Source of the DNA: Carcharhinus amblyrhynchos
Taxonomy: Eukaryota
DNA: 64,000 bases
Reading direction: 5' to 3'
Assembly (NCBI GenBank): GCA_965287045.1
Contig: OZ336873.1
Location: 102,920,001 to 102,984,000, forward strand
Every line of letters begins with the position of its first letter. Position 1 is the stretch's first letter. The translations under genes were made by a program, and so were the position numbers. Below are positions 26,866-38,479 of this stretch, piece after piece. A model generated the notes under the pieces. It saw only the letters and a program-made list of their open reading frames with translations. It was not told where the DNA came from and ran no database searches.

Positions 26866-26982
26866 GTGATCTTTCCTCCTCATCCATTTGAAATACATTC
26901 CCTGCTCAGCTGTTAGCCTTATACGATTCTCCCGTCCACCCTAGGATTTACAAAGCAGGGTCTGGACTTCTCAGTGGCGACG

Positions 26983-27284
26983 TAGAATCCCTACAGTACA
27001 GAAAGTGGCCTTTGGACAATTGGGTCTGCACCAACCACAATCCCACCCAGGCCCTTTCCCCATAACTCCACTTATTTACCCTGCTGACACTAAGGGGCAA
27101 ATTAGCATGGCCAATCAACTTAACCTGCCTATCTTTGGACTGTGGGAGGAAACTGGAGCACCTGGAGAAAACCCATGCAGACACGGGGAGAATGTGCGAA
27201 CTCCATACAGACAACCGTCCGAGGCCGAAATTGAACCCAGGTCCCTGGCGCTGTGAGGCAGCAGCATTAACTACTGTGCCACCC
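26983..27284 (-). mobile_element. HE1-like V-SINE (CR1-type tail)
   Basis: Reverse complement of the same head, V-domain and tail as 25908-26226. Confidence 0.9.
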
Positions 27285-28034
27285 TTGGCGGTTGTGGTTT
27301 CATATCCAATGTAACAACAATATAATGACCACATGGGCAGAGTACAGATGTGCCACAACACAAGTCTTTGGCCCCACTTCCTTCCAATACAATCTCCCTA
27401 CTTTCTCTCAAGTGCTAGAAAACCCCCTCAGTCCCCAGCACCTGATTTCTCCTCCCCTTCTTTGTACTCTGGAAATGTTGGAGGTGATTGGAAGAAAGAA
27501 ACGTAAGATGTGACTTATGAACAGAGAACGGAAAAAAGAAAGAATGGAGAGACACACTAGAGTACAGACAGGAAGAGGAAACATATAAAGAGGGAAGAAA
27601 GAAGTGGGAAGATTAGAACTGGAATCAAATAAAGAGATACGGAGATGACAAGAGAAAGTTTAACAGCTAAAGATGGTGTGGTGAGTGCCCTTTAAGGGCA
27701 GCACAGCAGAGAGTGCATCTTTACAGTGGGTGAAAAAAAAATACACTGGAAGACCACAGAATAAGAGGCGAACAAAAAATTAGACAATCAGACAAAGTTA
27801 CATGAAGAAAGAGATAATTTTCTTATGTTTCCTCCCCGATGAACAACAAATTTTATTTAAGGTCAAGAAAAGCTCTTTATTTAAACCGCAAGAGAATTAT
27901 TAATCCTTTTCTCATTTTCCTTGAGAGCAGAAAGTCTAGTACAGTATTACACAATGTATTCTAGGTAGAGTGCACATGTACTGAACATCACTCAGAATAT
28001 CACACTGCTTCATCCTCATGATATCAAGATGTAT

Positions 28035-28161
28035 GGTGGAAATTTTCCGGCCATTCATGCCGGTGGGATTCTGTGGTCCCGCTGCAGTGAACGGAGAGGG
28101 GCACATTCTCTGTCCTTGGTTGCAGGGGCAGCGGGGTGTGAATGACCGGAAAATTTTGGCC
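28035..28161 (+). mobile_element. Harbinger-type MITE (family A)
   Basis: TIRs ggtggaaattttccgg / ccggaaaattttggcc, core cccgctgcagtgaacggaga. Confidence 0.8.
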
Positions 28162-29047
28162 ATATTGTATGAAAAACTCTGATACACAAATAACTACAGC
28201 AGGGTATTGTGGATATCTTGTTACCAGCCAGGATGCTTCCATTCATGCTGTATTAAAAAGGACGAGGAGACATCAATTAGGGTTCCCATTGTATTAAAAG
28301 CATCAATAAATCACACTGTATTAAAAGTACCAATAAATCACTCAAGGGGAACATTTTTAGTTTCATGCATATCAACTAATTTCATAACACTGGTACAGCT
28401 CAGAAAGAATATTTTCAACATTGACTCAGTCAATCTCCATTTTCACTTCCAACTCTCAGGTAAATAACAATAGTGAATTCTCCATGACGCTAAAAGTTCT
28501 ACCATCCCTTAAGAACGGGGATTACCTCACTCAGGATTCCTGTACATTCACCTCTTGTTGCAATACTATGATTGACACCTTGGAATGCTTTCCCTAAACT
28601 CCTCTACTTTGATACTTCTCTCACTTGCTTCCGAACTCTTCCCTTTTGAACATCAGAAATTCTCCTCCCTTATTCTTTGGTATCCAGTTCCACCACAGCA
28701 CAGTGTTTCAGGGCATTTTCTTACATTTCAATATATTATAAAAATCTAAGCTGTCGCGGTTGTGAAAAAAGTATGAAAACTCCAGAAAAAATTTTGTTGA
28801 AATTAAAACATAAACATGCAAGAAAAGGATGGCTATGTTTGCATTACCTTCTATTTCAGTGTAAATATATGCTTCCATATCTAATGTTTCCCTATAATTA
28901 GCCTGAGTGGGGATCAGATAATTTAGAGAAATCATCAATTATGTCATTTGGATCCCACAAGTTTGAAATAATTACATATTTAGACTTAAAATACAGGGGC
29001 TACATTATTTCTTTCAGCGATCAATGTGGCTTGTGGACAGACACATT

Positions 29048-29740
29048 GGGCCCAATTTTTACCATCATTTTTGGGCGTGAAAACTTGGTAAAGTCGGGCA
29101 TGAGGCAAGTGGTGCGATCATTGCTCACCTTCGCACCGGTTCCCCCTTTACCAAGGTCCAAAAATGACCACGATCGGGACTGCGCCCGTTTCCATTGCAT
29201 GCACTTAAATTGACTTAATGGGCTGCACGCCTAACTTTACCAGCAGTTTCCCCCTTTACCACCACATTCGCCCATCCAGAATCGGTATAAGACAGATATG
29301 CTCCCCAAAAATCCAATTCAGACACTCCAGTTAATGAGGAGGTAAGTACATCTCTGTTGGGGATGGGGGATGGGTGGTCTGCTGCCACTCTGCCTGGGAT
29401 CAGTGAGGGAGAAAGGAGGTGGGGGGGATAAGGGGATCAGTAATGTTGTGGGGGTGGGGCAATGTTTGTGGGGGCCAGAGGGACATACATCTGGCCCTGG
29501 AGCGATGTGGCAGGGGAGCGGCACTTTATCCTTTCTTTTTTGTGCATGTGCAGTTGGCGGTGTCAAATCGGAGCTGCAGGATTTCGGGCGCATTAAGCCT
29601 GCCCAGAGGCTTGTGCAGCACGATTTGGAACTACTGATATTTTCTCGGGCAGAGGGCACATGGGGTGTCTGAGAACGACTCTGAAAGTCGGATCTGAAAC
29701 AGTCCCAACTTCAAGTCCACCCAGTGGTAAAATAGGGCCC
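29048..29740. mobile_element. Non-autonomous Harbinger element (~690 bp)
   Basis: TIRs gggcccaatttttacca / tggtaaaatagggccc with a perfect TSD ATT (29045-29047 and 29741-29743). Confidence 0.88.
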
Positions 29741-29752
29741 ATTGTTACTGTA

Positions 29753-30143
29753 GGGGAGGTGAAGGCCTAGTGGTATTATTGCTAGACAATTAATCCAGAA
29801 ACTCAGCTAATGTTCTGGGGACCCGAGTTTGAATCCCGCCACAGCAGCTGGTGGAATTTGAATTCAGTAAAAAATATCTGGAATTAAGAACCTACTGATG
29901 ACCATGAAGTTATTGTCGATTGTCGGAAAAATCCATCAGGTTCACTAATGTCCTTTAGGGAAGGAAATCTGCCATCTTTACCTGGTCTGGCCTACATATG
30001 GCTCCAGGGCCACAGCAACGTGGTTGACTCTCAACTGCCCTTTGAAATGACCTAGCAAGCCACTCAGTTTCAAGGGCAACTAGGGATGGGCAATATATGC
30101 TGGGCAGCCAGTGACACCCATGTTTCACAAATTAATAAATAAA
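29753..30143 (+). mobile_element. tRNA-derived SINE sharing 3' tail with family-B LINE
   Basis: A-box ggcctagtggta, B-box gagtttgaatcc. The tail caagggcaactagggatgggcaat...gccagtgacaccca...aataaataaa matches 39203-39278. Confidence 0.85.
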
Positions 30144-32412
30144 CTTGGCATCTAACTGCAGTGCAGCAGCAAATATAGCACCCTGGAAAACCATTTACCC
30201 AACAATTAGTTTATATTATTAGTTTATAACAATGCCTCTTCCTTTAAACATAAAATGCCTCTATAGATCAATTTAACTATTCCAGTCATTAACTTTTTCT
30301 TTTATATATCTGAAAATTAACAATTTTAGAATTAAATTAAGCACAATAGAGTCTGTTAAATAGTATATTAGTTAAATGTAATCATTTCAACAATTTACGC
30401 TAATATGTACGTTATCACAGGTAGTAATGTGATATTCCGTGATTCAGTTCTCTTACACAGTTAGCACATGTTAACCCGCTCTGGCTGGACTTCACCTTTA
30501 CCTGGCAATAACATGGTATTGCTTAGATGACAGGAGGTTGTGCCTCCATTTGGTAGGATTTTGTTTGTTGCTGTCAGTGGTGAGTTGACATGAGCGATAT
30601 GTGTGTTTCTTCTGGTGTTGTAGGACTCTTGCTTGATGCTGCTCATGCAGTATCAGTTGGTGATATTGTTGATATTGCACTACTTCTTGGTGATGCTGTT
30701 AATGTTGTCTCACTAGTTTTGAGAAGTTGCTGGCATTGTTCATGATCTTTTCTACTTCAGCAGCTCTGGTGTAGTTCTAATAGGAATTCTTGTTTCTTCT
30801 TGTTTGCTTATTGGTTTCCTTCTTACTAACGTATGACCTTAGAGTCTTAGCTTCCCCAGAAGGATGGGTGGTGGGTTCCAGCTTTTCCAGCCGCCTGTTG
30901 ATGGGCTCGGGAAGAGATTTTCCATGTTTGTTGAAGTGTTGACTTCCTTCTTTCTAATATTGATCTTTCTTCTGCTCACTCAGAGGATGTATATTGAATG
31001 GCAGGGTCACCTTTTACTTTCCCCCATTCAACTGCTCTGCAAGTGATTTCATGTCAACATTGAGAAGTGTAGATCAGTTGACAATAAAAGGTGAGGTTAG
31101 GGTCTTCCTTTGTTTCTGGCATGTCTTGAGGCTCTCTTAACCTTTCATCTCATCTTTCTACAAACTCATGCCTTCTTGGAGATAAGGTGGTGATGTTGAA
31201 CCCAGCAAAATCCTTAAATCTCTGGAAATGAATTGGGTTCAATTGTCACATATTACTGCTTCAGAAATCCCTTGCTCAGCAAACAGAAGATGATTGTTGT
31301 ACCTCTCAAGCCTTTCATCTTTTGGATACAAAGGAATTTTCAGGAGGCACCTTCAAATATGAGATACCATTCTTGACCTTGTGTGCACAAGTTTGACTCC
31401 CACAGTATGCCATCACCTAGGCAGTACTTCAGTAGGTACTATTTCCTCTTTCTGTTGTGTCTCTTTGTATTTCTGGCATACAGTGCATGTAGACACAGAT
31501 CATCGGATGTCTTTGTCAATGACTATCCAATACACAGCTAATCTGGCTCTCAGATCTTCTCCATTTTCCTGTGGCCTTCATGCACCTTCTGGAGAAGTAA
31601 TTCCTGCATCTTCTGGAGAAGTACTTCCTGCATCAGTTTTGGATATGATTATTCTGGATCTGGCTTGCTGAACAGCATATTATAGTGAAATGTCACCTCT
31701 GATAGATCAGTGCTGCCAGATTGCTGATTGCGTTTGCTGCATCTTATCAGGCTCTCCCTGGATCACTTTGAGAGAGCGTTCATTTTTGCTGGTCTTATTT
31801 TTGCCGGTCTTATTTTTGCCTCAATTTTAGTGGAGTTACATTCACCAGATGATCGTTCTTTACACCTAGATTTTCTATGTCATGCTTCTCATATGTTGAC
31901 AATTGAGATGTGGCATCTACTGGCATCATTTTTCTTCCTAGTTTGTATTTCAATGTAAAATTCTAATTCTGAAGTTTGAAGACTAGCTTCTGCAGTCTTG
32001 GTGATGTTCCACACAGATTTTTCTTGTCGAGCTGCTCTAATGGATGATGATTAATTTCTACAATGAACTTCTTCCCATGGAGATTTGTATGAAATTTCTC
32101 ACAACTATGTTGGCCATTTTGGACTTAAAGGACTTAGATGATGCTAGAGCTTTGGATGAAAATGTGATTGATTTTCACTCTTGCACTACGGCTGTTCCCA
32201 GTTCCTTTGTACCAACATTTACTCGCAGAACGATAGGCTTCTCTCTGTTATAGTCTCCCAGACTTGTCTCTAGCAGGCTGTTTTCTCAAAGTCTTTAATG
32301 TGACGCTGACTACTGTTACTCAGCGTCTTCTCACATCAACTCTCATAGGTTTGCTGTGTTTTCTGACATGAGGAGTAAGAAAGAACTCATTACTGGATCA
32401 AACTTACTCTTT

Positions 32413-32921
32413 AGAAGGTTCACTAGGCTAATACCGGAGGTGAGGGGGCTAGCCTATGGGGAGAGATTGAATAGACTGGGTCTTTACTCGTTGGAGTTTA
32501 GAAGGCTGAGGGATCTTATAGAGACATATAAGATAATGAAGGGGCTAGATAGGGTAGAGGTAGAGAGATTCTTCCCACTTAGAAAGGATAGCAGAACTAG
32601 AAGGCACAGCCTCAAAGTAAGTGGCGGGGGGTGGGGTGGCTGCAGTTTAGATCGGAGTTGAGGAGGAACTTCTTCACTCAAAGGGTGGTGAGTCTCTGGA
32701 ATTCTCTGCCCGTTGAAGTTGTGGAGGCTACCTCGCTGAATATATTTAAGTCACGGGTAGATAGGTTTCTGATAGACAAGGGAATTAAGGGCTTTGGGGA
32801 GAAAGCAGGAAAGCGGAACTGATCCATTTCAGATCAGCCATGATCTTGTTGAATGGCGGGGCAGGCTCGAAGGGCTAAATGGCCTACTCCTGCTCCTATT
32901 TCTTATGTTCTTATGTTCTTT
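32413..32921 (+). mobile_element. CR1 LINE 3' fragment inserted in the Gypsy relic
   Basis: RRFTRLIPEVRGLAYGERLNRLGLYSLEFRRLR..., RRNFFTQRVVSLWNSLP, and a (TTCTTATG)n tail. Confidence 0.93.
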
Positions 32922-33727
32922 ATGGCCTCAATCTCGAAAACGACAATGACTTTTTCAGGATAGGACTTGACCCCATCAGGTGTGCACTACATTCTGCAGA
33001 ACTGGCATCTCCACGATGCCTTTGTCTGTGTTTAGCTTGATCCCAGATTTTCTGGTTATCATCAACTATGCTGACTGCTTCTTTACATCCTTAGTATGTC
33101 TTGATAATATTCTGCTGGAACTCTAAGATCAAAAGATAGATGCAGGAATTTGTATTGTTCAAATGGTGTGTTGAACACTGTCCTCATCAAGCTTCATTTT
33201 CCAGTAGCCACTGTGCATTCATTGCAACCATTTTGTTTTTGCAGGACTTCTCAGTATTTCTCTGGCAGTAATCTGGGTTGATTTTTTTTTTTAACCAATC
33301 CAATTCAAATCTATTTAAAATATTTGAGTCTTACTTATGGACATCTGGTGCCATCATGTTGCGCCTTCTAATTCCCATAAGTTTGAAATAATCACACTAT
33401 TAAACTCAAAACGCTTCATCAAGTGTTTTTCTTACAGCTTTCCACATGGTTGATGGACTGGTGCATTATAGCTCCTGATTGCAGTGCAGCAGTGGGATAC
33501 ACATGTGCACGTATGCGTGATTTCTACACAAATAATACGATGTAATTTAGAAATGGTAGTATTAATAATTCAAGGATATCCCCTGCTAAGAAAACCTATC
33601 GAATTTTTCAAGGAGATACAGGGAGCTGGATAGACCTCTAGAACATCTCAATGCTGGTCCACGTTCTTGTTCCGTGCAGTTCCTATGTTGTAGTCAATTA
33701 ATGGAGGCAATTCCCCGGCCGTTTGTG

Positions 33728-33912
33728 TATAAGGGATTCTCCAGTCCTGCTGGCAGTGCGCCCCTGCCCACAGGTTTCACAGCAGCGTGACGTGACATCA
33801 ATGGGAAATCCCACTGATTGCGTAGAGACCAGAGAATCCTGTCATGCCAGTGAACAGCATGCCATCTCCCATCAGTGAGAAACACACAGCTGGAAGGCCA
33901 GAGAATGGCTTT
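33728..33912. mobile_element. Harbinger-type MITE (family C)
   Basis: TIR-like gggattctccag / ggccagagaat, internal palindrome tcaatgggaaatcccactga. Confidence 0.55.
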
Positions 33913-35017
33913 AAAGATTTTTACTAGAATTCAAGTGACAAGGAAAGGAAGTGGAGGCTGTGGAGGAGAGGTTTAGCTGACGCACACCTCTTGAACAATG
34001 ACTTCTTAAAGAATGGACCAAGAAGTAAAAATAATTCAATGATGTTACTGACTTTCAATAGTGTTATGGGTACAGTAGATGAAGGGGTAGAAGAGTAAGG
34101 GAGAATCAATAGTGATACGAAGGGATGGTGGATTAATTGGGCAATAGAGAAGATAAACTGATTCCGCAGCAACATGTTATATCATTGCATTAAAACCTGT
34201 GTCCAGCCATACCCACTAGCTTTGCCAAACCTCAAATTAACTAACATTGCAAAGGAAAGAAAATGTGAATATTTAAAAGATTAAATTTTATAAGCAAAAA
34301 GGCATCTCAAAAAGAAACTACTTTCAAATAATCAGTGCAAGAGAAAGCTACTCAATGAACACTGAAATGGGAGACTTTGTGCATTTAAAAACAACATCTT
34401 TGCAGTTTAAAAACAATAAATTCTATTTCCTTTTGGGTGTATGCTGGTTGTAAAAAGGCCTGGGGAGCCAATCCAAGAACACAGCTGTAAAGGCTGGTGA
34501 ACTAATTGCTTTTCCTTCCGCTGCCTCATTCATCTTCATTCTTCACCAGTTACAGAAAATTATCAATATTCTCAGTTGTATTTCATCCGTAATCCCTTTT
34601 TTGTGCAGCATTAGGCACTGCCAGATGATTCCTTGGCAGGAGTCAGGGTGAAGAGCCATGAAATGCCACTCATGGCAGATGGCACTGTTCAGAAGAAATA
34701 TGACAAACACATGCAATTTGTTAGCGAACTCTGGTATTACTAGTCATGTGAGCTGTCATAATCACCCGAGTGGTTTATGCTACGCGAACACGGAAAGCCA
34801 GGCTCTCCAGTAAGAATAGTTTATCACGAAAACACTGATTAAAATAGTCCCACCTATTCAGATACTTGTTGCCGATTGCACCATTTATTACAAGATGCGG
34901 ACTCTTTTCTTTACGACCCCATTCATCGGTGAAGAATTGTATTGTTTATCCACCTTCAATCTATCTCCCGTGCCCCATGAGGAAAAAGATGCCCTTGTGA
35001 CAGAGCAGCCACATTAC

Positions 35018-35862
35018 TTTTTAAAAAAATTCTTCCTTGGGATGTGGTGAGACCAGTATTGATTGCCATTCGTTAATTGCCTTTGAGAAGGTGGTGGTGA
35101 GCTGCCATCATAAACCGCTGTTGTCCGTAGATGTGTAAGTAGGTACACCCACAGTGCTATCAGCAAGGGAGTTCCAGGATTTTGACCCAGTGAAGGAACG
35201 GGGATATAGTTCCAATTTAGCATGGTGTGTAGCATGGAGTGGAACTTGCAGTTGGGGTTGTTTCCCTAAATCTGCTGCCCTTGTCCTTCCAGGGGGGCAA
35301 GGGTTGCTGGTTCAGAAAGTGCTGTCTGTTGAAGGAAACTTGGCGGGTTGCTGTCGTGCATCTTGTACATGGTAGACATTGCTGCCAATATGCATTGGTG
35401 GTGGAAAGGGTGAATATTTGTGGATGGGGTGTCAATCAAGTGGACTGTTTTGTTCTGGATGATGTCGAGCTTCTCGAGTGTTAGCATTGCATTCATCCAG
35501 GCAAATGGCAAGTATTTTTTCACAATCCTGAGTTATGCCTTATAAGTGGCGGACAGGCTTTGGGGAGTCATGAGGTGAATCACTCAGCTGAAATCTCGGC
35601 TTCTGACCTGCGCTTGTAGCCACAATATTTATATGTTTGGTTTTATGGTAACTCCTTCAAGGTCTTGTAATGGGGGAATTAAGTGATGGAAATTCCATTG
35701 AATGTCAAGGTGATGGTTAGATTTTTTTTGTTGGAAATGGTCATTGCAAGGCAGTTGTGTGGTATGAATGAAATCTACCGTTTAATCAACCCAAGCATAA
35801 ATACTGTCCAGGTTTTGCTGCATATGGATAAGAACTACTTCAGTACCTGAGGAATTACGAAA
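35018..35862 (-). mobile_element. CR1/L2-group LINE (family B) 3' fragment
   Basis: KYLPFAWMNAMLTLEKLDIIQNKTVHLI; homologous to 38480-39278; A-rich tail. Confidence 0.8.
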
Positions 35863-37500
35863 TGCTGAAAATTGTCAAATGCAGTCAGTGCATAAGGAGG
35901 TGTTTATCAGTCTCTGAGTGTGTTACCATACTAATTGCTTTTGCACAGTTGTTTGGTGAATCTTTGGAAGTAGTCTTGCGAAGGATATTTTCACAGGTTT
36001 GATAATGACTAAAAGGCAATCCTTCAGCATACCTACCGGCTGTGCAGACAAAGCAGTTACAGAGCGAGTAATAGAGAGGTCCACGAAAGGGAAAGATTTC
36101 TCATGTAATATTGGAGAAGCATTTTCCTTTTTAAACAATAGGCTACAATATCAGTGAATGTCAGCACCAGACTTTTAATGGGTTTTTTCTGTGAGAAGGA
36201 AGTTACACATTAATCAGACTTTAAGGTGTACGCCAGTAAAAATCTGACAATTTCTTAGCACGGTGCACATCGCTGACTGAAAGTAATTCCATGGGTTCCG
36301 TACAATTTCCTCAGGAGAACATAACTTTCCATTTAATAAACTGCACATAATACAGGTACATTTCAATTCCATTGCATTATACCATGCATCACACAATAGT
36401 TGAGAAAGATGTGTACTGACAATGGGCACCATCACAGGAACACCGGGCTGCCGCTTGTAAATGATGAGTTGCTGAAGGGAAATGACAATAATTGCATTTG
36501 ATTACCTTGGCACGCAGTAAGGTTATGTTTCTGAACTCAATAACATAAGCCCTTGCCTCGGCAGCAATTTATATCTGACCAATATTTCGATATCAAACAC
36601 TTGGTCACATAAGCCAATGGAGTGTTGCGGTGTCAGTTCAGCTTGATGCAAATGCTTTTATTGCAAGTGAGTTGGAGCCCGTGAGAGTAAGAGTTACACC
36701 TGAAGCCCTCCGGGCAGGAACAGATTTGTTTGGATTTCCAAAAGCGTACATGCACACCAGGCAAAATGGGAGACCACATTCTTGCCTGGGAGGAAGGGCA
36801 GCTTTGTTTGCAAGATGAACAGCTACAATTCACTTTATGTTTATATGTCCCAAGGAAACTACATGTTTATGTTGTGAGATCCATAAAACTTACCATTTTT
36901 ATAAAGACATATGCTGAGATTTATGGGACAGGCCCAATATAAACACTTAAATCCTATTTTGTACCCATAAAATGTTATTAAAAGCAATAAAAAAGGCATA
37001 TATCTTACTGCGTTCTATAAATGAATATAAGTATTGTATAGTTATGCATTCAGTTTCTGAGAAAGTGCATCTTGCAGCTAGTGAAATGTTGTGCTTTGAT
37101 CCATGCAAATTTTCAGTAATTTTCAATGTAATACATTTAATATTTGCCTTGAATTATATAATTCCCACAAATTTCTCCATAAAACACACCGTTGCTTAGT
37201 GAACATGATATTCGGCACAACAAGCTTAGCTTAAAATATGTTGCTACATCATTGGGGTAGGTTTGACAGTAGATATAAAGCTAACAGCGCTAACTGTTAC
37301 TCATTGGAGTTTAGAATGAGAGGAGACCTTATTGAGACATATAGGATTCTGAGGAGGCTTAACAGGGTAGATGCTGAGAGGCTGTTTCCACTTGTGGGAG
37401 AGTCTAGCACCAGAGGGCATAATCTCAGGGTAAGGAGTTGCCCATTTAAGATGAAAAGGAATTTTTTCTCTCAAAGCGTGGTGAATCTGTAGAATTCTTT

Positions 37501-37657
37501 TGTGGTTTGTGAAAAGAAATCCCACTCACCTGACGAAGGAGCAGCGCTCCGAAAGCTAGTGGTGTTTGCTACCAAATAAACCTACTGGAGTTTAACCTGA
37601 TGTTGTAAGACTTCTTACTGTGTTTAACCCAGTCCAATGCTGGCATGTCCACATCAT
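37501..37657 (+). mobile_element. Short Penelope-like/retrozyme-like element with 9-bp TSD
   Basis: TSD gaattcttt at 37492-37500 and 37658-37666. Contains a hammerhead core and AATAAA (37575-37580). Confidence 0.8.
37523..37564 (+). ncRNA. Minimal type I hammerhead ribozyme motif
   Basis: CAC-U-CAC | CUGACGA (37530-37536) A | stem II GGAGC-AGC-GCUCC | GAAA | GC-UA cleavage site | GUG-GUG pairing with the 5' CAC..CAC. Palindromic AGCU replaces helix III. Confidence 0.75.
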
Positions 37658-38099
37658 GAATTCTTTACCACACAGAGGACAGTAGAGGCTGCGTTATTAA
37701 GAATGTTCAAGGCTGAGATGGACAGATTTTTAAGTAGTAAGGGAATCGGGGTTTTTTGGGGATACATTGGGAAAATGAAGTTGAGGATTATCAAATCGGA
37801 TCTCACTGAATGGCAGAGCAGATTTATTGGGCCTTACGGCCTATTTCTGCTCCTATATCTAATGATCTGTTATCTATTAGAAAAAACATACAATAACTTC
37901 CACTGAATGCATTATTAAACATGGAAATCTGAAAGTTACTGTTGGAGATGAACTGCTTCTTCAGATACCAGTACCTCACCCAGACAATCATTACTGAAAT
38001 GCATTGACTGGTGTGAATTTGATATACGTACCTGATATACACTAAACCTGATGAAGGAGATGATGGTTTGTATCTTGGGCATGACTGAGCACACTCATG

Positions 38100-38460
38100 A
38101 TGATGATACGTTCCTGCTTTACGGCCCTTTTAAACTTAAAGATTACCCTCGTCTTGCTATGGCATGAATGGCAAGCTGCTGCTGACGTGAACCTCTTGCT
38201 TCATGTCTCCAACCCCCTTCCCTCACACCAACCTTCCCTTCCTAAGTTCCTGCTTTCAGACCAACCAAGAACTGCTGTCTGCCAAGCTCCAGGAGGAGGA
38301 GAGCGCAACGGCACAGCATTGATAAAGGGATCCTGTCACCAGATCCACCGCTTGCAGCCAGCAGCTCAGATACTGGCACTGCGTATACCCTGGAGGCCAT
38401 CAGCATGTTGTGAGGCACCGGACACGGTCGACCTACAGCCAGGCCAGAAATAAAAGATAG
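38100..38460 (+). mobile_element. Harbinger ORF1 gene fragment
   Basis: The segment cttgcagccagcagctcagatactggcactgcgtataccctggagg...ctacagccaggccagaa is homologous to the reverse complement of ~1370-1495. Confidence 0.5.
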
Positions 38461-38479
38461 TTTGTTTTCGAGCGCACTG

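Larger units (their letters stand above)
28942..33560 (-). mobile_element. Decayed Gypsy/Ty3 LTR retrotransposon with nested insertions
   Basis: Minus-strand relics in RT (GYWKMKLDED, ~33190), RNase H (CEKFHTNLHGKKFIVEINHHPLE, ~32050), integrase (RARLAVYWIVIDKDI..C..CQ ~31500; LFAEQGISEAVICDN ~31260) order. LTR-like repeats tccca[c/t]aagtttgaaataat (28953/33373) and tgcagtgcagcag (~30157/33480). PPT-like aaaggaagagg at 30235-30245 abuts TGTTAT. Confidence 0.8.
37295..37865 (+). mobile_element. CR1 LINE 3' fragment interrupted by 157-bp insertion
   Basis: YSLEFRMRGDLIETYRILRRLNRVDAERLFPLVGES...RNFFSQSVVNL, resuming after 37657 as QRTVEAALLRMFKAEMDRFL. Confidence 0.88.

Noticed and set aside
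27480-27660. Purine-rich (GA-rich) tract, similar to 7610-7960 and 61415-61640
   Set aside because: Low-complexity sequence, commonly part of decayed repeats. No periodicity or coding signal.
31581-31820. Short direct repeats (24 bp x2, 15 bp x2.5; also 27 bp x2 near 28290-28345) as a CRISPR-like array
   Set aside because: Adjacent tandem duplications without spacers, consistent with replication slippage in eukaryotic DNA.
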